The notes beneath the pieces were generated by a model that did not search any database, was not told where the DNA came from, and saw only the letters and a program-made list of their open reading frames with translations. This document shows positions 26,747 to 33,087 of a stretch of DNA of 33,087 nucleotides, piece after piece (the first letter of the stretch is position 1; every line of letters starts with the position of its first letter). A program made the position numbers and the translations under genes. The stretch lies in IMG/VR virus record IMGVR_UViG_3300036825_000141, positions 1-33,087 of that record, one strand, 5' to 3'. The stretch comes from a virus. Its lineage: Duplodnaviria; Caudoviricetes.

Positions 26747-27151
26747 ATGCGCTCTTTAATTTCCGAGCAAAGAGTGTTAGTTCATAAACTTTGCGGTTCT
26801 TCGGTTTATCTAAGTGAAGAATCCGAGATTTATTATATTAATTTACTTGATTACATCGAAAATAATCATGAACGTAGTTTGTATACATTGCCACTGTTAC
26901 GCAAGGCTATAAAAACTGAAAATTTGAATGATATTTTAAAAGTTGTTCAATTTTTCAGCAGCGACCTTTCGGAACTTTTTGAAATTAAGTATTGCTATGA
27001 GCAAGAAAACATGGAGTATATTGAAATCCATGCAGATGAATACCGAAGTTATATCCAAGAAAAAATTGAACCCGTCACAATAGATGGTGCTGAAATTGAA
27101 GATTTCAATCCGAAATACCTGTCATTTTATTGCTTGATAAACTTGGATTGA
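26747..27151 (+). CDS. Hypothetical protein, gene 2 of hotspot operon (134 aa, possible winged HTH)
   Basis: ATG 4 nt after gene 1 stop; helix-helix-helix then beta pattern (YTLPLLRKAI...LNDILKVVQFF...LFEIKYCY); acidic. Confidence 0.7.
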   Translation: MRSLISEQRVLVHKLCGSSVYLSEESEIYYINLLDYIENNHERSLYTLPLLRKAIKTENLNDILKVVQFFSSDLSELFEIKYCYEQENMEYIEIHADEYRSYIQEKIEPVTIDGAEIEDFNPKYLSFYCLINLD

Positions 27152-27153
27152 TT

Positions 27154-27972
27154 ATGAAAAAACAAGATCTGGCAATTGAATTACACAAAAGAATTGAGTT
27201 TCGTGATGAGCAGGACTTCATAGACACTTTATATACTGATATAATTGAAATAATAAACCTCCTTGAACACTCCAGCGATAAGTATTACTGTGATGATGAA
27301 GACAAATTAAGTCATACAATAGTAACCTCGTTAATTCACCTTGGTTACAAAGCGACAGAACAAACTAAGAAAAATGGTAGCGTAGATATTACGGTACATT
27401 CACGCGATGGAGTTTACGAATGGATCGCTGAAGCCAAGATAGGTTATGGAAATCAAAAAATATTTGAAGGCTTATTACAACTTTTAACTAGATATGTTAA
27501 AAGAGATAAACATGCAGGTCTTTTTATTTATTATCAAAAAGCAAAGTCAGCGTATTATTTCAATGACTGGATAAAATATTTACACAATTCTAACTGGGAG
27601 AAATATTGCAATAAACAAGGTACTCTCCCTAAAATATCTCCGCTTTTAGGACACTTAAGCAGTAAAGCATGCCCTAACGTTAAAGTTGGTGACTGTTTTG
27701 CAGATATAGATGTTATTAAGCCTTCACAAGAAAATTTAAATATCCGCTGCTTCTATGTTGATATACACCACGATCCTCTTGATAAAAGTGGTGTTACAAA
27801 TCAATCAATTGCACGTGGCCAAGCAAAAAATGAAATTAGAAACCTTTATCATCTCTGGAAAGAAGGAAGTTTTGATGAGTCTATGATAGATATGTTGTTC
27901 GAACATATTAGAATATATCATAGTGATGAACTTGAAGAGGAATATATAGATTCTCCACAGAATGAGAGTTAG
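27154..27972 (+). CDS. PD-(D/E)xK nuclease-like protein, gene 3 of hotspot operon (272 aa)
   Basis: ATG 2 nt after gene 2 stop; DE49DKL helix, GSVD78I, IAE93AK95, GLLQLLTRY. Confidence 0.78.
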   Translation: MKKQDLAIELHKRIEFRDEQDFIDTLYTDIIEIINLLEHSSDKYYCDDEDKLSHTIVTSLIHLGYKATEQTKKNGSVDITVHSRDGVYEWIAEAKIGYGNQKIFEGLLQLLTRYVKRDKHAGLFIYYQKAKSAYYFNDWIKYLHNSNWEKYCNKQGTLPKISPLLGHLSSKACPNVKVGDCFADIDVIKPSQENLNIRCFYVDIHHDPLDKSGVTNQSIARGQAKNEIRNLYHLWKEGSFDESMIDMLFEHIRIYHSDELEEEYIDSPQNES

Positions 27973-27997
27973 ACATTTAGGGGCATCCATCAAAACA

Positions 27998-28034
27998 GCA
28001 ACTGTTGGCCGAAAAATCTATTGCTGACAGTTGC
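27998..28034 (+). repeat. 12-bp stem-loop between the hotspot operon and convergent gene A
   Basis: GCAACTGTTGGC (27998-28009) pairs with GCTGACAGTTGC (28023-28034) using two G-U wobbles on the + strand. Confidence 0.5.
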
Positions 28035-28050
28035 ATTGACTTACAACTTA

Positions 28051-30033
28051 TCACGTCTGCATCATCCTATCCAAAATTACACAATCAGGCATTTCGAAAA
28101 ACTGCAGCTTATCTGATATTTCTACATCAGCTTCATTTAACTTGTTTCCACAGTTATTGACAGAACTCCGAGGCGCGGCAATGCCGCTTTTTAAAGTCAA
28201 AAGCTCAACGGCTAAAAGCTTTGGAACGATGCGCCAGTCGGCTGTACGGGTAACACGTACCAGCTCAGAGCCCAAGTGCGGGGCGTAGATGCCCACAACT
28301 CTCTCAATGTCCTCTTCGTAGGCGTTGACCTCGTCGGTCACGTTACGAGCGACACGGACGGTCTGGCTATCACGTGGAACATTCGCCCCACCCTGCGCTG
28401 CGATATACAGGTCAAATTCACCTTCATCAGCTGCAGCTCTTGTCGCCTCGACCCGCTCATCGAATTCATCAGCAATGCTCACCCCACGAGGTAGTTTGCG
28501 CAGCTCGCGGTATGCGCCCATCGTCGGCAGGCCAATAGATTTGAATTGCGGGATGCGCCACGTAGAAGCCCATGCGGTTACCGCTGCGGCGGTATCGGTG
28601 AGAGGCTTGCCGGTATCGTGATCGACCTGACCATCGAGCGCGTAACCGTCGATATTCTTCGCAATGTATTTTGCTATGTAACCGGCTGCGCCACCTTGAT
28701 TGAGGTGCTTCGCTTCAAAGCGCTGTGCTGCAGCGCCCTTTTCATCGCCATCCTCTTTCAAGGCATAACGGCGCATGATTTCGGTGATGTGTTTGCATTG
28801 CTCTGGTTTGCAAAAAAGCATCATGTGCCAGTGCGGAGTTCCGTCATGATGCGGTTCAACAACACGCATCCCATACACCTGCAGATCGTTATCTTTAAAA
28901 GCTGTGCGCATCAGGCTCCAGATGCGGCATAAATACCGCTGTCCATCCTTAGGCGTAAAGGCGGTTTCATTCCATCCGTGATTGAGTTGCACCGTTTTTT
29001 TATCGCCCTTTCCCACCTGACGCGTCGGGTGATACTTCGATGGCGTGGTGATAGTGACAAACATACCGACGTCACCCTGACCGACCGCATAGCGCTCAAT
29101 CCCAGCGATAGTGTTCATCAGTTCCATACGACGAATTTCGGGGTTTGAAATACTGCCCATGACTTTGCTGATGAGATCGATGCGTTCGCCGGTTACTTTG
29201 TTTTCCAGCTCGCATGATTTGAGGTATTCGAGATTAGCCAGGCGGCGAGAATGAACGTCGCGGATCGCCGTTTTGCTGGCATATGGGGAGCGGTCTTTGT
29301 TCACCTCTCCGGCAGCAATCAGCAAGGCCTCGTGCCAGCGCATACGCTGCGCCTTAAACTGGTTAATCCACCATTCGTCGTTAATCAGACGGGCGATAGC
29401 GGAAAATGCCTGGCGGATCGTGATTTTTCCTTTGCGGTATTTCTTCCAGAACATCGGGGTGATGTTGAATGCGCGAGCTGCACCGGCAACGTGACCATAT
29501 AAGTGCGTCTGTGCTTCATCGGTGAAAAGGGTCTCTTTACCGCCGTGAGCATCTGCCCATGCGTCGCTGAGTTCCTCATAAGCAACATAGAGCTGCGAAG
29601 CAATACGGGCAGCAAATTTTTTGAGTGACTTGTCACTCATACCCGCTAAACGTGAATAGCTTTCACGCTCGCTCATGAAGAGAAGCGATGCCGTCTCGTT
29701 CATTCCGTTTAGCTGATTCACCCGCTCAAGACGCGGCCCCACCCTTTGCTCAAAGGTATTCTTCAGGAAATAAAAACCATGAAGTGGGCTTTTAGTACGA
29801 CGGATGAAGTCATACCGGGAGTTAAACAACGTTTTTAAAACATATGGCAGGCGATTAACTTTGCCTAAAACGCCTTGCACCTGACGGAATTCGCCACGTG
29901 TAAGGGGTCTGTCACGGCCAATTGCAGAGCGTGGTGCATTCCAGGGATAAGCACCGACGAATGTATCATCGGTGTGTTTCGAGAACGGAGGCGGTGGCGA
30001 GGGGGCAATACGCCCCCGAGGTTCAACGGCCAT
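28051..30033 (-). CDS. A: Rolling-circle replication initiator gpA (HUH endonuclease)
   Basis: AYPWNAP, NPEIRRMELM, TITTPSKYH, EPHHDGTPHWH (HUH), GYIAKYIAKNIDG (two Tyr), APRSSVNNC; start placed at ATG 30033. Confidence 0.95.
   Translation of the reverse strand: MAVEPRGRIAPSPPPPFSKHTDDTFVGAYPWNAPRSAIGRDRPLTRGEFRQVQGVLGKVNRLPYVLKTLFNSRYDFIRRTKSPLHGFYFLKNTFEQRVGPRLERVNQLNGMNETASLLFMSERESYSRLAGMSDKSLKKFAARIASQLYVAYEELSDAWADAHGGKETLFTDEAQTHLYGHVAGAARAFNITPMFWKKYRKGKITIRQAFSAIARLINDEWWINQFKAQRMRWHEALLIAAGEVNKDRSPYASKTAIRDVHSRRLANLEYLKSCELENKVTGERIDLISKVMGSISNPEIRRMELMNTIAGIERYAVGQGDVGMFVTITTPSKYHPTRQVGKGDKKTVQLNHGWNETAFTPKDGQRYLCRIWSLMRTAFKDNDLQVYGMRVVEPHHDGTPHWHMMLFCKPEQCKHITEIMRRYALKEDGDEKGAAAQRFEAKHLNQGGAAGYIAKYIAKNIDGYALDGQVDHDTGKPLTDTAAAVTAWASTWRIPQFKSIGLPTMGAYRELRKLPRGVSIADEFDERVEATRAAADEGEFDLYIAAQGGANVPRDSQTVRVARNVTDEVNAYEEDIERVVGIYAPHLGSELVRVTRTADWRIVPKLLAVELLTLKSGIAAPRSSVNNCGNKLNEADVEISDKLQFFEMPDCVILDRMMQT
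28151..28177 (-). other. Replication origin (gpA nick site) inside gene A
   Basis: Minus strand CGCGCCTCGGAGTTCTGTCAATAACTG, matching the P2 ori GCGCCTCG^GAGTCCTGTCAATAACTG with one substitution. Confidence 0.85.
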
Positions 30034-30298
30034 TTGAAGTGAAGGCATCCAGGCATTGCTTCGCTATGCGCTCAATCTGAGTTTCAAGCGCTGAGAAACG
30101 AGTTGCATCTCCCGTTAAAAGATCATGTAAGGCAAGACCTGAGACGAGCTTAGGAATAGTTGGGTAGTAACCCACAACATCCAGCCATTCCTTGCCTTCG
30201 TTCTTCCCGGAGGTGGCGGTTTTCCTTTCCTGCAAAATAAACTGATAGCGGTCGCTGGTAATGACGTACTGGTGATTTATCTCGATACGGATGCTCAT
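30023..30298 (-). CDS. Conserved P2-like early protein (DUF5405-like)
   Basis: YVITSDRYQFILQE.K....GKN.G.EWL..VGYYP motif; directly upstream of A. Confidence 0.7.
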   Translation of the reverse strand: MSIRIEINHQYVITSDRYQFILQERKTATSGKNEGKEWLDVVGYYPTIPKLVSGLALHDLLTGDATRFSALETQIERIAKQCLDAFTSNGR

Positions 30299-30329
30299 TT
30301 TTGCTTCCTGTTAAAAGTTAATAGCCAAC

Positions 30330-30539
30330 TCAGCCTGAAATTGAGTTGTGCAACTTCTCGGACTCTTGCCCCAGAAGCTCGATAATCTCGGTGCGGTTTA
30401 GCTCAGATTTACTGATATGAGCGATAAGCCCATCAAAGTGTGACGAAATCCGAGTTGCCGTATCGCGCTGGGCTTCACTTACGGCCTGCGCCAGAAGTGC
30501 TGAAAACATGCCCCGCTGTGCTGTATTTTGTTTTTGCAT
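30330..30539 (-). CDS. Small early protein (DUF2732 / P2 orf80-like)
   Basis: LLAQA..E...A..IS...D.L..HI....L...EIIELL.QE pattern; GGAG RBS; downstream of B. Confidence 0.7.
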   Translation of the reverse strand: MQKQNTAQRGMFSALLAQAVSEAQRDTATRISSHFDGLIAHISKSELNRTEIIELLGQESEKLHNSISG

Positions 30540-30605
30540 TTGCCTATCTCCAGACAAAAGGAGTCCCCACGCTGTAAGGCGCGTAATAAAACGAATCCAG
30601 ATTAA

Positions 30606-31106
30606 TTAATGTAAATACTGCTCAGGTTTTACCGAGGTTAAGATGGTTGGTGCGTATTCAAAAAGGCTAAACAGTTCTCGCAGCGCGCGGAAAAGTTTGT
30701 CGCGCCAGTAGCAATCTTCATCATTTAAACGCCAGTGCGGCATACTGAATTCCTGCTCTGTAAGCCCGGCATGAAGAAATAGCGATCGCCTTTGGCTTAC
30801 TGTGAGGCGGCTAATGAAGGTCGCCTTAGTTGCGCCATGCTGGCGAAACCGGCTAAATGCGAATCTCAATTCATCAAGCGCACAGACGAGACGCTCGCGA
30901 TCTGCTTCGTCCATTTCCTCCAACCGCATGACTGAGTGACGTTGCTTTAACTGAGCGTGAAAACAAACGGTCAGTCGTTCCCGCTCCATCATTAGATTGT
31001 AGAAATCGCAGGTATCTTGCCAGCGAGGTTGAGCCAAGTACTTACAGACCAAGCCACGAAGCGCAGCCGGTTGTTTCTGGATCACATCAATAGTCATAAC
31101 GGTCAT
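30606..31106 (-). CDS. B: Replication protein B (helicase loader)
   Basis: MTVMT...PRWQDTCDFYNLMMERERLTVCFHAQLKQRH...TILTSVKPEQYLH; 166 aa. Confidence 0.92.
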   Translation of the reverse strand: MTVMTIDVIQKQPAALRGLVCKYLAQPRWQDTCDFYNLMMERERLTVCFHAQLKQRHSVMRLEEMDEADRERLVCALDELRFAFSRFRQHGATKATFISRLTVSQRRSLFLHAGLTEQEFSMPHWRLNDEDCYWRDKLFRALRELFSLFEYAPTILTSVKPEQYLH

Positions 31107-31276
31107 AACCACAACCCTCTCTTTTTGACCAGGTGGCGAAGCTTCTCGATAAAACCAGGCTTACGGGTACGAATGATGATGCCTTTACGACCGCGCCCGT
31201 GAGTGATGGTGAAGTTAATCCGGTTAGGGCTTTCTCTACGCAGTAGCTGAGCAATGCAACGGGGTTCGTTTTTCAT
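31103..31276 (-). CDS. Small basic early protein (P2 orf78-like)
   Basis: EPRCIAQLLRRESP..I.FTITHG.GRKGIIIRT; between cox and B with overlapping stop/start codons. Confidence 0.75.
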   Translation of the reverse strand: MKNEPRCIAQLLRRESPNRINFTITHGRGRKGIIIRTRKPGFIEKLRHLVKKRGLWL

Positions 31277-31548
31277 GCTGGATCTCCTAATCCGAGCCAC
31301 ATCAGCCAGCCGTCTCGAATCGCTTTCGGACGACTGTCATAAGCCATCTTCATTCCTTTGTTCCATGCTGGCAGGTAGACCCAATACTCTCCTGCTCTGC
31401 CACTGGTCGACTGCGGATCTGTCATCTCAACCACTGGCAGCTTTCCCTTCTCAATCATGCCTTTCACGGCTGCTGGGGTTTTACCAATAAGACGCGCGAA
31501 TTCCTGATAAGGGACGGCGTCGCTCGCACTCTCAATAACCCTATTCAT
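31273..31548 (-). CDS. cox: Cox: excisionase and repressor of Pc
   Basis: DAVPYQEFARLIGK...KGKLPV.EMTDPQS.SGRAGEYWVYLPAWN...IRDGWLMWLGLG; 91 aa like P2 Cox. Confidence 0.95.
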   Translation of the reverse strand: MNRVIESASDAVPYQEFARLIGKTPAAVKGMIEKGKLPVVEMTDPQSTSGRAGEYWVYLPAWNKGMKMAYDSRPKAIRDGWLMWLGLGDPA

Positions 31549-31570
31549 TTGTGACTATTCCTCGTTAGTG

Positions 31571-31600
31571 TTTTAATTGCTCCTAATGGCTTTTAATTGC
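31571..31600. repeat. Direct repeat TTTTAATTGC x2 in the switch region (candidate Cox boxes over Pc)
   Basis: Copies at 31571-31580 and 31591-31600, 20-nt period. Confidence 0.5.
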
Positions 31601-31621
31601 GATATTGGAGCCATAAATCTG

Positions 31622-31653
31622 CGATAACGAAACGAAGATTACTCCGTTATCGT
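31622..31653. promoter_or_regulatory. Inverted repeat CGATAACG/CGTTATCG flanking the Pe -10 (candidate C operators)
   Basis: CGATAACG at 31622-31629, CGTTATCG at 31646-31653. Confidence 0.5.
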
Positions 31654-31664
31654 TTTTCTATCAA
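31636..31664 (-). promoter_or_regulatory. Early lytic promoter Pe
   Basis: Minus strand TTGATA-17 nt-TAATCT pointing into cox. Confidence 0.7.
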
Positions 31665-31683
31665 TAGTGGAGTGTTAATTACG

Positions 31684-31980
31684 ATGATACCCGTCAACGA
31701 GAAACTGGCCATCATGCGCGAGTCGGAACGTATGAATAGAAAAGAATTCAGTGACTTAACTGGAGTTCCGTATAGCTCTCTTTCGAGTTATGAGAAGGGA
31801 GTAAAAGATATGGGCATACAAGCAGTAATGAAGATTTTGAACCATCCTCAGTTCAAAAAATACACTATGTGGTTCATGACAGAGACGATATCACCTGAAG
31901 CTGGGCAAATTGCACCGGCTCTCGCGCACTTTGGGCAGCAGACAACAACGTCACCCCACTCAGACCAGAAAACTGGCTAA
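31684..31980 (+). CDS. C: Immunity repressor C (XRE HTH)
   Basis: EKLAIMRESE..NRKEFSDLTGVPYSSLSSYEKG HTH; conserved P2 C tail KYTMWFMT...GQIAPALAHFGQ..TTSPHSDQKTG; GGAG RBS before ATG 31684. Confidence 0.93.
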   Translation: MIPVNEKLAIMRESERMNRKEFSDLTGVPYSSLSSYEKGVKDMGIQAVMKILNHPQFKKYTMWFMTETISPEAGQIAPALAHFGQQTTTSPHSDQKTG

Positions 31981-32076
31981 CCATTTACGGCGCTTATTTG
32001 TGCAGTCAATGCACGGTGAGCTTTTGTTATTTAAATCAGGAAATTGAAGTACGCAGTAACATCATCGGGAGGCTTT

Positions 32077-33087
32077 ATGTCTGTTAAAAAGCTCGATGAT
32101 GGTCGATATGAAGTGGACATTAGACCGACCGGGCGTAACGGAAAACGCATCCGTCGGAAGTTCGACAAGAAAAGCGAGGCGATGGCTTTTGAAAAGCATA
32201 CTCAATATAACCATCACTCAAAGGAATGGCTTTCAAAACCAACGGACAAACGCCAACTGTCAGAACTGAAAGAGTTGTGGTGGAAGCTGAAAGGTAAACA
32301 TGAGGAACATGGTCAATCGTATCTCAAGAAAATTGAGCGTTTCGAGTCGATGACCGGGAACCCCTGTGCTTTCCAGATCACCAAAAGCCTGATAACGCAG
32401 TATTGCGCACAGCGGCGAGGAGATGGCATTAAGCCAACCACCATCAATCGTGACCTCATCACGCTGGGCGGGATGTTTACCACCCTGATTGAGTCAGAGC
32501 TGTATAACGGTGAGCATCCGTTCAGAGGGTTTAAAAAACTGAAAGAGCAGACAGCCGAAACAGGCTATCTCACTCTTGATGAGATTGACGCACTTCTGGC
32601 GGCCCTATCGGGTGGAAATCGTAAGATCGCGGTTTTGTGCCTGAGCACCGGCGCAAGATGGGGTGAAGCAGCGCGACTGAAAGCGGAGAACGTGATTCAT
32701 AACCGAGTGACTTTCGTTAAGACGAAAACCAACACTCCGCGCACGGTTCCGATCTCAGATGAAGTGGCAGCTTACGTTGTCGGTACTACCCGAGGTTTTC
32801 TGTTCCCTGATGCCAGCTATGCGGAGTTCAGGAGCATCCTCAAAGCGGTAAAACCTGATTTACCAGCTGGGCAAGCGACGCACGCGCTACGACACTCTTT
32901 TGCTACTCACTTTATGATTAACGGGGGCAACATCATCACACTGCAGCGGATTCTGGGTCATACGAAAATCGCACAGACAATGGTCTATGCGCACTTCGCT
33001 CCGCAGTACCTGCAGGATGCGATTTTGCTCAACCCGTTGAAGGGTGAAAGTGGTGGACAGAGTGTCCACATAACGTCCACACCCTAG
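32077..33087 (+). CDS. int: Tyrosine recombinase integrase (P2 Int family)
   Basis: MSVKKLDDGRYEVDIRP; catalytic TGARWGE, KTK, HALRH, LGH, MVYAH; GGAGG RBS. Confidence 0.96.
   Translation: MSVKKLDDGRYEVDIRPTGRNGKRIRRKFDKKSEAMAFEKHTQYNHHSKEWLSKPTDKRQLSELKELWWKLKGKHEEHGQSYLKKIERFESMTGNPCAFQITKSLITQYCAQRRGDGIKPTTINRDLITLGGMFTTLIESELYNGEHPFRGFKKLKEQTAETGYLTLDEIDALLAALSGGNRKIAVLCLSTGARWGEAARLKAENVIHNRVTFVKTKTNTPRTVPISDEVAAYVVGTTRGFLFPDASYAEFRSILKAVKPDLPAGQATHALRHSFATHFMINGGNIITLQRILGHTKIAQTMVYAHFAPQYLQDAILLNPLKGESGGQSVHITSTP
33052..33081. other. Integrase arm-type binding sites next to att
   Basis: GGTGGACA (33052-33059), TGTCCACA (33063-33070), CGTCCACA (33074-33081), matching the P2 arm consensus TGTGGACA/TGTCCACA at the 3' end of int. 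Confidence 0.65.

Larger units (their letters stand above)
1..33087. mobile_element. P2-like prophage (Peduoviridae), apparently intact
   Basis: Full syntenic set of P2 head, tail, lysis, replication, immunity and integration genes with cos and ori; att cores not visible in window. Confidence 0.97.

Noticed and set aside
27973-28050. Faint resemblance of cargo-flanking sequences (also 780-830 and 16440-16490) to integron attC ends
   Set aside because: No paired RYYYAAC/GTTRRRY boxes with a full palindrome could be identified by eye; needs a covariance-model search.

Overview
Nearly complete P2-like (Peduoviridae) temperate prophage of an enterobacterium, read from a cargo gene next to ogr (left) to the integrase (right); the att cores are not visible. 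The backbone is complete and syntenic: ogr, D, U, T, E/E' (-1 frameshift), FII, FI, tail-fibre chaperone, H, I, J, W, V, S, R, lysC, lysB, endolysin, holin, X, L, M, N, O, P, Q, cos, A (with ori), two small early genes, B, orf78-like, cox, C, int. It is a mosaic: a P2-type C/Cox/Int/B early region combined with a phage-186-type cos sequence and an HP1-type holin + SAR endolysin cassette without lysA. Three visibly AT-rich cargo islands carry putative anti-phage genes: (1) a PtuB-like HNH nuclease at 1..675; (2) between V and S, a HEPN-motif protein facing a 904-aa Mrr-like nuclease-NACHT NTPase with a long helical insert; (3) in the A-cos/Q defence hotspot, a tight three-gene operon (353 aa unknown, 134 aa possible wHTH, 272 aa PD-(D/E)xK nuclease). 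Islands 3 and 2 are the best candidates for undescribed defence systems. All family calls come from motif recognition and synteny; no database search was run.
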